This document shows positions 38,716-48,417 of a stretch of 64,000 bases of DNA, piece after piece (the first letter of the stretch is position 1; each line of letters opens with the position of its first letter). Origin of the DNA: a bacterium (GTDB lineage Bacteria > Omnitrophota > Gorgyraeia > Zapsychrales > Zapsychraceae); the NCBI GenBank assembly GCA_030429765.1, contig JAUIER010000001.1, positions 202,877 to 266,876 on the forward strand, read 5' to 3'. The notes under the pieces were generated by a model that saw only the letters and a list, made by a program, of their open reading frames with translations, ran no database searches and was not told where the DNA came from. Made by a program: the position numbers and the translations under genes.

Positions 38716-38749
38716 AGAGCAGCCTGCCAACGCGGGCTGCTCTTTTTTT
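38716..38749 (+). terminator. Intrinsic terminator
   Basis: AGAGCAGCCTG...CGGGCTGCTC followed by T7. Confidence 0.8.
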
Positions 38750-38874
38750 GTGCCCGGTAAAATTAAAGGACACGGGACGGATTTTGGTGTATGATAAACC
38801 TTTATTTTCAGATAATCCCGGGTGTGATACAGCTTCAATAAGACGTTATCCGCCGGATATGTAAGGAGATATAC

Positions 38875-39948
38875 ATGGAAATCGGAATTGTGGGATTGCC
38901 GAATGTGGGCAAATCCTCCTTGTTTAACGCGTTAACCGGGGCCGGGATTGCTGCCTCAAACTTTCCTTTTACGACCATTGAGCCGAATGTGGGGATTGTC
39001 CCGCTGCCGGATCCACGGCTCGAACATTTAACCAAAGAGTTTAACAGTGCCAAAACAACGCCGGCCGGCATCCGATTTGTGGATATTGCCGGTTTGGTGA
39101 AGGGCGCCAGTCAGGGCGAGGGATTGGGGAATAAATTTTTGTCGAACATCCGCGCGGTTGATGCCATCGTCCATGTGGTGCGCTGTTTTCGTGATGACAA
39201 TGTGGTCAATGTGATGGGCGATCTGGATCCGCAGGGCGCGGCTGATACCATTGAGACTGAATTACTGCTGGCCGATATTCAGCAGGCTGAAAAGGCGTTG
39301 GAGCGTCTGAAGAAATTGGCGAAATCGGGCGAGAAGCTGGCCAAGGACAATTACGCGCATATGGAGGAAATCCTCAAAAAGTTAAATGACGGGCAGTCGG
39401 CCCGGACTTTTGAAATCCCCGAAGAGATCGCCAAGGAGTATCAGTTTTTAACCGGTAAGCCGATACTTTATGTCGCCAACACCGACGAGGGCGGGGCTGA
39501 TCCGTCGATGCTGGAACCGTTAAAGGAGCGCGCGGCCAAAGACGGCGCCGGTCTAATTGAATTATGTACCAAGCTGGAAGCCGAGATCCTGGAATTGCCC
39601 GAAGAGGATCGGGCGACGTATTATGAAGAAGCGGGCATCGTTACCCCTGGGTTGGGCAAATTGGCCAAGGCGGGACAGGAGCTGCTGGGATTGATTTGTT
39701 TCTTCACGGCCGGTGATACTGAATCACGCGCGTGGCTGATCCGCAAAGGAACGACGGCGGTCAAAGCCGCCGGCAAGATCCATACAGATATCGAGCGCGG
39801 TTTTATCCGCGCGGAGATTTACAAGTATGACAGCCTGAAAGAACACGGTTCATATGGGGCCGTTCAGGCCAAGAATCTCGTCACCCTCGAAGGCAAGGAC
39901 TATGTAATGCAGGACGGTGACGTGGTTTATTTCCGATTTAACGTGTAA
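38875..39948 (+). CDS. ychF: Redox-regulated ATPase YchF
   Basis: [56 protein letters not shown]. Confidence 0.97.
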   Translation: MEIGIVGLPNVGKSSLFNALTGAGIAASNFPFTTIEPNVGIVPLPDPRLEHLTKEFNSAKTTPAGIRFVDIAGLVKGASQGEGLGNKFLSNIRAVDAIVHVVRCFRDDNVVNVMGDLDPQGAADTIETELLLADIQQAEKALERLKKLAKSGEKLAKDNYAHMEEILKKLNDGQSARTFEIPEEIAKEYQFLTGKPILYVANTDEGGADPSMLEPLKERAAKDGAGLIELCTKLEAEILELPEEDRATYYEEAGIVTPGLGKLAKAGQELLGLICFFTAGDTESRAWLIRKGTTAVKAAGKIHTDIERGFIRAEIYKYDSLKEHGSYGAVQAKNLVTLEGKDYVMQDGDVVYFRFNV

Positions 39949-39963
39949 GTGCGCGGAGCTAAC

Positions 39964-41136
39964 ATGAGCCGACGAGTGATTGCTCACATGGATATGGACG
40001 CGTTCTTCGCGGCGGTTGAGGTCAGAGACAATCCGTCGTTGCGGGGGAAGCCTGTGATCATCGGGGCTGATCCTCGAGGGGGCAGCGGCCGGGGCGTGGT
40101 GTCGACCTGTTCATATGAGGCCCGCAAATTTGGTGTTCATTCCGCGCTACCCATTTCTGTCGCCTACAAAAAATGCCCGCAGGGGATCTACCTGCGCGGG
40201 AATCATCGCAAATATTCACAGGTCTCCAAATCCATCTTCAAGATTCTGGAAGATTTCACACCCGACATCCAACCTATCAGTATTGATGAAGCCTTCATGG
40301 ACTTGACGGGAAGCTATCATTTTTTTGGAACGCCGCTGAAGACATGTCAGGAAATCCGCCGGCGGATCAAACAAGAGATTGGATTGAATGCATCGATCGG
40401 CATTGCGCCGAATAAAATGATCGCCAAGATCGCGTCGGATTATTGCAAGCCGGATGGATTAATTGAGATAACTCCGCAGCAGGCCCGGTCATTCTTATGG
40501 AAGCTTCCTATCAGCAAGATGTGGGGCGTGGGCAAGAAAATGCAGCAATCATTGCATGCCTTGAAGATATTCACCGTCGGAGAGCTCGCGCAGTATCCGG
40601 TCGACCGCCTGATCGACCGGTACGGTTCGCACGGCGCGCATCTGCATCGGCTGGCCAACGGGATTGACGAACGGCCGGTCCAGGTCCGCGGCGAGATCAA
40701 ATCGGTCAGTCATGAACACACCTTTAATTCGGATACCACGGATCGGGACGAAATTATCGACACGATGCTTTTGTTGTGCGAGAAAATTTCCCGGCGGATG
40801 CGCCGGTATGATTTAAAGGGAAGAACGATCGGACTGAAATTGCGTCTGTCGGGATTTAAAACCTATACCCGCGCGCATACGATCGCCGATCGGGTGAATT
40901 TCTCGGATGTGATCTATGAGACCGCGCTAAAATTGTTTAATGAGTTTCATGGGCCCGGCATGCGTTATCGGTTGATAGGTGTCCGGGTATCGAACTTTGA
41001 GGATCAGTATGTCAGTGACAGCCTGTTCAAGAGTGCCCGTGATGAACGTGATGAAAAACTTCATCGGGCCTTTGACGCCATCAAGGATAAATATGGGGAA
41101 GGGGCGATTCGCCGGGGGCTATATAAAGATCTGTAG
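39964..41136 (+). CDS. dinB: DNA polymerase IV (Y family)
   Basis: HMDMDAFFAAVE, SYEARKFG, SIDEAF, AKIASD..KPDG, RLIGV. Confidence 0.95.
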   Translation: MSRRVIAHMDMDAFFAAVEVRDNPSLRGKPVIIGADPRGGSGRGVVSTCSYEARKFGVHSALPISVAYKKCPQGIYLRGNHRKYSQVSKSIFKILEDFTPDIQPISIDEAFMDLTGSYHFFGTPLKTCQEIRRRIKQEIGLNASIGIAPNKMIAKIASDYCKPDGLIEITPQQARSFLWKLPISKMWGVGKKMQQSLHALKIFTVGELAQYPVDRLIDRYGSHGAHLHRLANGIDERPVQVRGEIKSVSHEHTFNSDTTDRDEIIDTMLLLCEKISRRMRRYDLKGRTIGLKLRLSGFKTYTRAHTIADRVNFSDVIYETALKLFNEFHGPGMRYRLIGVRVSNFEDQYVSDSLFKSARDERDEKLHRAFDAIKDKYGEGAIRRGLYKDL

Positions 41137-41539
41137 TTTCGGGCTCATGGGTGTGTTGATTTTATTAGGAACCGGGTGCTGCCGGTTGATCCCGCCCTAT
41201 GGGAGGCCCACTGGGCCGGAATTGCTGGGACAATGGGTCTATGAAGATCCGGCGGCTGGCGTCATGATTTTGACATTCCACGATGACTTTACGTATGTCG
41301 TCGATTACAATGGAGATGGAGAGAGGGACATCTGGGGGCAGTACGTCCTAAGGCCGCAATGGATCCGCATGGACAACGAGTCGGCCCGGGTCCGGACGGA
41401 CTGCGTGACACCCGGATTTTATAAGTACAATGTAAATCGCGGTCGTCTGAAATTCTCGACGGTGGCGGACCAGTGCGTTCCGCGACGATTGTCATTACAG
41501 GCCCCGCGCAAACGATATCGAGCCATTCAGGAGAACTAG
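41093..41539 (+). CDS. Putative lipoprotein (beta-barrel-like)
   Basis: LLGTGC lipobox; LLGQW..; AAGGA RBS before ATG 41093; start uncertain. Confidence 0.65.
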   Translation: MGKGRFAGGYIKICSFGLMGVLILLGTGCCRLIPPYGRPTGPELLGQWVYEDPAAGVMILTFHDDFTYVVDYNGDGERDIWGQYVLRPQWIRMDNESARVRTDCVTPGFYKYNVNRGRLKFSTVADQCVPRRLSLQAPRKRYRAIQEN

Positions 41540-41543
41540 AACA

Positions 41544-41663
41544 ATGCGTATCTTATTTTTATTTTTATGTTGTTGTGTGCTCACCGGCTGTGAAAGCTTT
41601 GATGTGTATCCCGGTGTGATGTCACAATGGCAGGCTGGTGAAAACCCAAGTACGGTGAAGTGA
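41544..41663 (+). CDS. 39-aa small lipoprotein (not in ORF track)
   Basis: MRILFLFLCCCVLTGCESFDVYPGVMSQWQAGENPSTVK; AGGAG RBS; LTGC lipobox; fills the gap exactly. Confidence 0.65.
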   Translation: MRILFLFLCCCVLTGCESFDVYPGVMSQWQAGENPSTVK

Positions 41664-41670
41664 GGATAAA

Positions 41671-42087
41671 ATGATAAAAGCTGAACTCAATCGGCAATTA
41701 ATGATTCAACTCAAGGATACAGCGGGTACCCTTGCCGAGGTCACAAGCGTTGTCGCGGCGTCGAGCATTAACATCATCGCACTCTGCGCTTATGCCGTCG
41801 ACGGAATGGTGGCCATCATGTTTGTGACCGAAGACAACAACGCGGCCAAGACTTTGCTGCAGGAAAAGGGATTTGAGGTCGAGGAGGAAGAGGTGATTCT
41901 CTTAACACTCGACAATAAGCCCGGCGCGCTGCAGGAAGTTACCAGCAAGATTGCGGAGGCCGGTATCGATCTGTCCTTGATGTACGGCAGCACAGACAAG
42001 GACGCCGAACAAAGTCCGATGGTGCTGATCTCGCGTAATAATCTCGACGTGATGATGCTGATCAAGATGCAGATGGAGCGTAGTTAA
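41671..42087 (+). CDS. Tandem ACT-domain protein
   Basis: DTAGTLAEV...INI and NKPGALQEV...GID. Confidence 0.88.
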   Translation: MIKAELNRQLMIQLKDTAGTLAEVTSVVAASSINIIALCAYAVDGMVAIMFVTEDNNAAKTLLQEKGFEVEEEEVILLTLDNKPGALQEVTSKIAEAGIDLSLMYGSTDKDAEQSPMVLISRNNLDVMMLIKMQMERS

Positions 42088-42107
42088 AACTTTTCCGGAT
42101 ACAGCTT

Positions 42108-42617
42108 ATGGATTGGACGATGCTGAAATTGATCGGGCGGATGGTGCTGATCAATGTGGTTCCGTTTTTTCTGGTGTTTCATCTGGTGATGAAACGCCGG
42201 CGGCAATTGAGCGGCGCGCCATACAGCGATTTGATGCTCGTCGCCGGAGAGCTGAAGATTATCGGCATTCTCGGATACTTCGTGATCTTGTCGATCTACT
42301 TTTTCTCGATCCCGGTATTGGAGTACACTGATCCGGATGTCGGCTATAGCATCCGCGATGTCGAGCCGGGAGAGTCCACGGTGCTGGTGATCGCGGTGGT
42401 TTCCTTTATGCTCGTCGTCGGAGGGATATATCTGCAAAAGAAAAAGATATGGGCTTACAAGATGTCCAAGGCCCTGGTGATTTTGTTGACGGCGTACGCG
42501 ATCACGTCAACATTACACTATGGCGCGATTTCACTGGTGCCGATTATATTTTTTTCGTATTTTATTAATAAATTGAAGAATGAGAATCTGCTCAAAGAGT
42601 TGGGGGTAAAGATATGA
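42108..42617 (+). CDS. Hypothetical multi-pass membrane protein
   Basis: About five hydrophobic segments. Confidence 0.7.
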   Translation: MDWTMLKLIGRMVLINVVPFFLVFHLVMKRRRQLSGAPYSDLMLVAGELKIIGILGYFVILSIYFFSIPVLEYTDPDVGYSIRDVEPGESTVLVIAVVSFMLVVGGIYLQKKKIWAYKMSKALVILLTAYAITSTLHYGAISLVPIIFFSYFINKLKNENLLKELGVKI

Positions 42618-42709
42618 GTGAAGAGCCGGCGGCCTGGGAAATCATTCCGATGATCCTGATTCCCTTGATTATTTTTGGAATCATCATCTGGTCAAATCGA
42701 AAACGATAG
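42614..42709 (+). CDS. 31-aa single-TM small protein (not in ORF track)
   Basis: MSEEPAAWEIIPMILIPLIIFGIIIWSNRKR; ATGA overlap with upstream stop. Confidence 0.55.
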   Translation: MSEEPAAWEIIPMILIPLIIFGIIIWSNRKR

Positions 42710-42717
42710 GAGCTATC

Positions 42718-43335
42718 ATGAAACATTGGATACTAGCTGTTTTTTGCAGTTTACTTGTAGCCGGGATGGCCTTCGCCGAAGCGCCGGGATTATCGGTCGG
42801 AACCATGGCGCCGGACTTTACGGAACAGACGTCGGATGGTTCGGAATTCACGTTGTCAGACATTTATCAGGATCATGCGGTCGTATTGATCTTCTATCGT
42901 GGCGGATGGTGTCCGTACTGCAATGTGCAGCTGCAGGAATATCAGCAGAATATCGAGGACTTTGAAGCAGCGGGCGCAAAAATTATCGCCATTAGCGTTG
43001 ATTCCAAAGACACTGTCACCGAGTACGTGAGTGAGCAGCAACTGGATTTTAGAGTTGTCGGAAATCCTCAGGCGGATTTATTGAAACTTTACAATCTGGT
43101 GACATATGTTCCTCAAGATATGTCCAAGATGTATAAGGAAAAATATAAGATTGATCTCGTCGGAGCTAGCGGCCGTCGGGACGGGTTGATCGCAATCCCC
43201 GCTACCTATGTGATTGGGCCGGGAGGTGAGATTACATTTGCGGAAGCTAATGAAGACTATAAGGTCCGGCCGAAGGCCCGGGATGTACTTGAGGCCGTCA
43301 AGCAATCGACCGGGGCGCCGGCCTTACCGCAATAG
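42718..43335 (+). CDS. Exported AhpC/TSA peroxiredoxin-like protein
   Basis: Signal peptide; APDF, FYRGGWCPYCN, PATYVI, DYKVR. Confidence 0.9.
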   Translation: MKHWILAVFCSLLVAGMAFAEAPGLSVGTMAPDFTEQTSDGSEFTLSDIYQDHAVVLIFYRGGWCPYCNVQLQEYQQNIEDFEAAGAKIIAISVDSKDTVTEYVSEQQLDFRVVGNPQADLLKLYNLVTYVPQDMSKMYKEKYKIDLVGASGRRDGLIAIPATYVIGPGGEITFAEANEDYKVRPKARDVLEAVKQSTGAPALPQ

Positions 43336-43346
43336 ATTTCGAGAAA

Positions 43347-44198
43347 TTATTTTTTCGACGGGGCGTAGTGATGAATGATTTCCGCCTTGAGATATTCCAG
43401 GGCCTCATCCACATTGTCGTAGATCTTGAACAGTTTCAGATCAGAAGGCGATATCATGCCCCAACGGACAAACGCGTCAAAGTTCACCACCTCATTCCAG
43501 TAATCTTTTCCATACAATACAATCGGCATGTATTTACGTGACTTTTTGGTCTGTACCAGGGTCAGCAATTCGAAAAGTTCGTCCATGGTTCCGAACCCGC
43601 CCGGAAAGACGATCATGGCCTTGGACAGGTAGAAGAACCAGAATTTTCGGATAAAGAAATAGTGAAATTCAAATGAGATATCTCGGGTTTGATAGGGGTT
43701 TGGATCCTGTTCCATCGGAAGATTGATGTTAAGTCCGATTGAGGAGCCTTTGACCTTCTTGGCGCCGCGGTTGGCGGCCTCCATGATGCCCGGGCCTCCG
43801 CCGGTACAGACATGAAAGTTTTTATCTTTGATCACCGGTTCACGGAACCACTTGGTGAGCTTCGCGCCCATGTCGACGGCATCTTCATAATAACGCGACA
43901 TGAGCAGATCGTTCTCCGCCTGAACAAGTTTTCGTTTGAGGCTGGCCGAAGGTTTTTTGGCATTGTTGAACTGCGTTTCCACTTCCTTGAACTTCTGCCG
44001 TGCTTCACTTCGGGGCAGGGTACGGGCTGATCCAAAGAACACAACCGTATTGTGAATATGATGGCGGCGCAGTCGCTCGCGCGGTTCCACCATTTCGGTG
44101 AGAATCCGGATTGTCCGGGCGGATGGACTGTTAAGAAATTCGTAATTGTTATATGCTTTGATGAATTTGGGTTTCTTGGGTGCTTTTGATGCGGGCAT
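43347..44198 (-). CDS. LOG family (TIGR00730) phosphoribohydrolase
   Basis: FGSAR, TGGGPGIMEAANRGA, FPGGFGTMDE. Confidence 0.93.
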   Translation of the reverse strand: MPASKAPKKPKFIKAYNNYEFLNSPSARTIRILTEMVEPRERLRRHHIHNTVVFFGSARTLPRSEARQKFKEVETQFNNAKKPSASLKRKLVQAENDLLMSRYYEDAVDMGAKLTKWFREPVIKDKNFHVCTGGGPGIMEAANRGAKKVKGSSIGLNINLPMEQDPNPYQTRDISFEFHYFFIRKFWFFYLSKAMIVFPGGFGTMDELFELLTLVQTKKSRKYMPIVLYGKDYWNEVVNFDAFVRWGMISPSDLKLFKIYDNVDEALEYLKAEIIHHYAPSKK

Positions 44199-44406
44199 GA
44201 GAGCTCCTTGGCTAAAGGCTGATAATTCGATATGGCAACATTATACCAGTTTCATGGCCGAAATCAGGAATATCTGTAGAAATTAGCCCCGGGATCACAT
44301 GTTTAGCGCCAGCTCGTACAAAAATCAGCCCTTTTGACTTGTCGGCCAAAATCGGACAGAGTACAATACACATGAGATCAATATCCACTCTATTTTCGAA
44401 CCCTCT

Positions 44407-46548
44407 ATGCAAGAAAAACCCGAGAATTCTCCGGCCGGTACCTGGAAATCCGTGGGATTATGGTTTGTCCTATCCGTAATCGTCTGGATCTTCTGTTTTC
44501 ATGGATTTCTGTCCGGCCAACGTTCTTTTGATTCCGACGCGGTCGCTTATTACGACAGCATTAAGTTTTTTTCCGATAATCTGGTCCGCGGTGTGTATCC
44601 GATGTGGGATTGGTTTGAGAGCTCGGGCGTTCCGAATGAGTTTTTTCTGCGGCGGATCGGTTCGTTTAATCCGTTTTTCATCATCATTGTGCTGTTGCGC
44701 TGGATCGGGGTTCCGCATCTATACGCGTATGTGACCTTCCTGGCCACGTATTGGTTTGTCGGCTTGCTGGGGTTCTGGTGGCTGGCCCAGCAGCTGTTTC
44801 GGGATATTCGTGTTTCGTATCTGGCCTACCTGCTGTTGGCGTTCTCGACGCTGGCGACCCGATTGTTTGACTCTTATATCGTCCTTACGTTTGTTCCCTT
44901 GATTTGGTTTTTTGCCTTTTTGGTGGCCTGCGGCCGTCATCCCCGGCGCCGTTTCTACGCCGGGCTGGTGCTGAGCTTACTTCAATTGGTCACCACGTAC
45001 ATCCCGCTATATTTCCTCAATATTTTTTTGGTCGGGGCCGTTTTATTTCTGATGGTCTTTCCGGATCGGATTGTAAAAATTGTGACGCGTCAGTGGCAGT
45101 TTATCCGTCAAGCCAAGGGCTTTTCCGTTCTTTTGGTATGCCTCGTAGGGCTATCGTTGTTACCGGCCATCGGGGTCTTTCAAAGTGCCAAGCAGGGTGA
45201 GTTTGTGATGCCGATGCGCGGCGCGGCCGCCGAGTCTGACCACGCGCTGCAAGTCGGAAAGTCGACGATCACGGAGTGGGCGATTCTCGAGGAGATTGTG
45301 TATTCGATGGCCTATAGTGATTTACGTCAGTTTAAGTTCGCGGTGATCTTTATCCCGGGCATCGCGTATTTTCTTTTGAGTTTGGGAGTATTTGCGCGCA
45401 TCAACCGGCTATTGATTTTTCTCTTTCTATGGGGTGGTGTGTTGACCGTGATCGGCATGCCTGATCTCGCGCCCTTGTATGACTGGTGTCATCGTCATAT
45501 TTTTTATTTCAAATATTTTCGAAATCTGCATTGGTTTTTCTGGTTGGCGATTCTTCCGTTGTTTGTCCTCTTTATTGTCGGTCAGTTGCAGCAGATGATG
45601 GATGAAGCGTGTCGTTCAGGGGGGCGGCGCCGGTTTTGGATGATGTATGCCGCCGCTGTCGTGATGTTGGGCGGATGGATGTTGATCCAATCGGGCGAGA
45701 CCCTGATTTCCACCTATATAGCCTTCGGGATTTGCATTGCTTGGCTCGGGCTTTTTTTCAGCGGACATTTGGACGGCCGGATTCAGCTGACGATGGCGCT
45801 GCTCTTTTTGGCGGTCAGTATTCAATCGGTCGAGGTGTATTCATATCTCAAAAAAAACTCGGTGAAACATACCAAGCCGTATCGGTATGATCTGGTTGAT
45901 CTGGATTTTGCCTTCACCCGGGATGAGCCTATCAGCGACGAGCGGGCCGGGATTTATTATGCCTTGTCTCATTACAATGAGTTGAATTCAAATATTCAGC
46001 CTCGCGTGCTGGGGGCCTATCGACAGCACAGTTTTATGGTTTATGATCAGGCCGTGTATATGGATCCGGGTGCGCCGAATTATGCGGATATCGAAAAGGC
46101 CATGGCCACGCGGGCCAATATTGTGTTTGTTGATTCGGCGGATCATGATCAGGTCTCACGGACGGCCGGACGGATACAGGGGCAGGTGCGGCCGATCACG
46201 GCGGAGGATTATCAATTGGAAGTATTGGATTATTCAACCAATCGGACCCGGGTGCGGACGAATTTTTCGGCGGATAAGTGGCTGGTCTATACCGATAACT
46301 TTGCTAAACAATGGAGTGCGCGGATCGATGGACAACGTCATCCGTTGGTACGGGCCAATCATGCGTTCAAGGCGGTATTTGTACCGGCCGGCGAGCGGAT
46401 TGTTGAATTTCAATATGGAAAATGGTCCAAGCGACTGCTGAACTACACGCTTTTACTCGTCGCCTATGGTTTGCTCGCGTATGTTTTGCTGCAGGCCTGT
46501 CGACGGCTGGATGGTATGGCGGATGTTGAGGAAAGATATGAAAGTTAA
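44407..46548 (+). CDS. YfhO-like polytopic membrane protein (GT-C type)
   Basis: YPMW....SG.P, many TM helices, C-terminal W.ARIDG....RANHAFKAVFVPAG...VEF.Y. Confidence 0.8.
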   Translation: MQEKPENSPAGTWKSVGLWFVLSVIVWIFCFHGFLSGQRSFDSDAVAYYDSIKFFSDNLVRGVYPMWDWFESSGVPNEFFLRRIGSFNPFFIIIVLLRWIGVPHLYAYVTFLATYWFVGLLGFWWLAQQLFRDIRVSYLAYLLLAFSTLATRLFDSYIVLTFVPLIWFFAFLVACGRHPRRRFYAGLVLSLLQLVTTYIPLYFLNIFLVGAVLFLMVFPDRIVKIVTRQWQFIRQAKGFSVLLVCLVGLSLLPAIGVFQSAKQGEFVMPMRGAAAESDHALQVGKSTITEWAILEEIVYSMAYSDLRQFKFAVIFIPGIAYFLLSLGVFARINRLLIFLFLWGGVLTVIGMPDLAPLYDWCHRHIFYFKYFRNLHWFFWLAILPLFVLFIVGQLQQMMDEACRSGGRRRFWMMYAAAVVMLGGWMLIQSGETLISTYIAFGICIAWLGLFFSGHLDGRIQLTMALLFLAVSIQSVEVYSYLKKNSVKHTKPYRYDLVDLDFAFTRDEPISDERAGIYYALSHYNELNSNIQPRVLGAYRQHSFMVYDQAVYMDPGAPNYADIEKAMATRANIVFVDSADHDQVSRTAGRIQGQVRPITAEDYQLEVLDYSTNRTRVRTNFSADKWLVYTDNFAKQWSARIDGQRHPLVRANHAFKAVFVPAGERIVEFQYGKWSKRLLNYTLLLVAYGLLAYVLLQACRRLDGMADVEERYES

Positions 46549-47209
46549 GAACGGAATTCTTGGAAGAGCGTGGGATATGGTGGGTCGGGTGATCCTCATT
46601 TATGCTTTGGTGTGGGGGCTGAGTCATGTTGTCAGCTACGATGCGGCGATGCGGGTGGCCAAGCTGCGGACATTGAACCGATTGATGCCGCCTTTGTCGG
46701 AATTGGTCCGGTCGAATTTCACACAGGAACCGCTGGGTTCTGAACAACTGGCCAAGTATGAATTTTATTACCGCAAGGTCACCGAATATATGCCGCAGAA
46801 TGCCAACGGCTATTACATGCAGGCCTATTGTTTGGCGCGGATGGGCCGGACAGCGGAGGCGATTCAGGCTTATCGCGCATCGATTGACCGCAATTCCAAG
46901 TTTTTCTGGTCCCATTACAACCTCGGACTTCTCTATATAGCGGAGCAGGAGTATGAGCAGGCCGGGCAGTCTTTATCGGCGGCTCTGCAGAGTAGTCCTG
47001 AGCTTTCCCTGAAGATGATCCTGTCGTCCAAGGTCTTTCAACAATTGATGCTGCAGACGCCCAATCCCGGACCGATGATGACCGATCATATCAAACAGGC
47101 CTTTGCGAACGCCCAGCGGCTCAAGGCCCTGGCGGATCATCTGCAAAAGACGCCGCAGGAGCCGGTGCCGGCCGAGATTCTCAAGCGTCTGCCCGCACGG
47201 ATCTTCTAG
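46538..47209 (+). CDS. Membrane-anchored TPR protein
   Basis: N-terminal TM; TPR motif EAIQAYRASI..N..SHYNLG. Confidence 0.8.
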   Translation: MKVKNGILGRAWDMVGRVILIYALVWGLSHVVSYDAAMRVAKLRTLNRLMPPLSELVRSNFTQEPLGSEQLAKYEFYYRKVTEYMPQNANGYYMQAYCLARMGRTAEAIQAYRASIDRNSKFFWSHYNLGLLYIAEQEYEQAGQSLSAALQSSPELSLKMILSSKVFQQLMLQTPNPGPMMTDHIKQAFANAQRLKALADHLQKTPQEPVPAEILKRLPARIF

Positions 47210-47308
47210 GCTGTCCGGGTGTGTCCGAGGTTACAAAATGAGTGTAAATTTATAATTAACAAACACTTTCGGTTCGAGTATACTCATAATGAGGCAAAGG
47301 AGGCAGGT

Positions 47309-47788
47309 GTGGAAAAATCCTACAAAGTGCTCAAACAGGCGATCAACCGAACAGGGGCCAAGGCCGTATCTTCCCAGATGGGCCTATCTCAATCTCTAGT
47401 CTACAAGTGGTGTCAGGATCCGGCGGATGACGATCAAATCGTTCCCAGCGGCGCGATGAACCCGCTGGACCGGGTTCGCATGCTTTATGAAATCACCGGT
47501 GATCCGGCGATTATCAGCTGGCTGTGTCAGCAAGCGGACGGGTTTTTCGCCCGGAATCCGGAATCGGTCAGCGGATCTTCGGTCGGGGCCAAGGTTCTGG
47601 GTAATGTGCACGGACTGATCAAGGAGTTTTCGGAGGCGCTTGAGGCGATTTCGCAATCGTACAACGAAGACAAGAGTATTTCCAAAGACGAAGCGATGAT
47701 CATTCGTAAAGAATGGGAAGATCTGAAATCACTGGGTGAGAGTTTTGTGCGGGAGTGCGAGTCCGGCAAGTTCGACAAATCAAAGTAA
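47309..47788 (+). CDS. Phage CII-like HTH regulatory protein
   Basis: GAKAVS.QMGLS.SLVYKW, NPLDRV, D..IS..EA..IRKEWE; AGGAGG RBS before GTG. Confidence 0.7.
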   Translation: MEKSYKVLKQAINRTGAKAVSSQMGLSQSLVYKWCQDPADDDQIVPSGAMNPLDRVRMLYEITGDPAIISWLCQQADGFFARNPESVSGSSVGAKVLGNVHGLIKEFSEALEAISQSYNEDKSISKDEAMIIRKEWEDLKSLGESFVRECESGKFDKSK

Positions 47789-47811
47789 AAGTTTAGAGAA
47801 AGGAGGGAGTC

Positions 47812-48402
47812 ATGGGACTGGATTTTTTTGAAAGCGCTGATGCATTGGGGCGAATCTTCTACGTGTTTGCTATTTTCGGAACGGTATTTTTTCTGATCCG
47901 TACGGCCATGATGTTTATCGGCGGTGACGGCGAGATGGATATTGATATGGATGGCGCGGGAGATGCGGATGTCGGGATGGACAGTGATGTCGCGTTTCAG
48001 TTTTTCTCGCTGAACTCCCTCACCGCGTTTTTCATGATGTTCGGCTGGAGCGGTTTGACCAGTTATGTTCAGTTTGAACTCGGGGCGGCTATTTCTATTG
48101 TGATTGCCTTTGTGGTGGGGGTATTAGCGATGCTGTTTGTGGCCTGGTTATTCAAGATGGCCATGAAACTGACGTCCAAAGGGGATGACTTTAAGATTTC
48201 AGATACCCTGGGCATGACGGGTAGTGTATACCAGCAGATTCCCGAGGAGGGATTGGGCAAAGTGAACGTGTCCATGCCGAATGGCATATTAAGGGAATTG
48301 CATGCCGTTTCGGAAGATAAGGTCCAGATCGAATCTTTTAAAACAGTGAAAGTCGTGCGTGTCGTAGATACCAAGACGATTGCGGTGCGGCTGGAAAAAT
48401 AA
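47812..48402 (+). CDS. NfeD-like membrane protein (flotillin partner)
   Basis: TM helices with an Asp-rich loop, FFMMFGWSG, C-terminal OB-fold (G.VY..IP..G.GKV). Confidence 0.85.
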   Translation: MGLDFFESADALGRIFYVFAIFGTVFFLIRTAMMFIGGDGEMDIDMDGAGDADVGMDSDVAFQFFSLNSLTAFFMMFGWSGLTSYVQFELGAAISIVIAFVVGVLAMLFVAWLFKMAMKLTSKGDDFKISDTLGMTGSVYQQIPEEGLGKVNVSMPNGILRELHAVSEDKVQIESFKTVKVVRVVDTKTIAVRLEK

Positions 48403-48417
48403 TCGAAAGGAGAGGCG

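Noticed and set aside
47309-47788. Prophage around the CII-like gene
   Set aside because: No integrase, structural, replication or lysis genes and no att-like repeats are visible.
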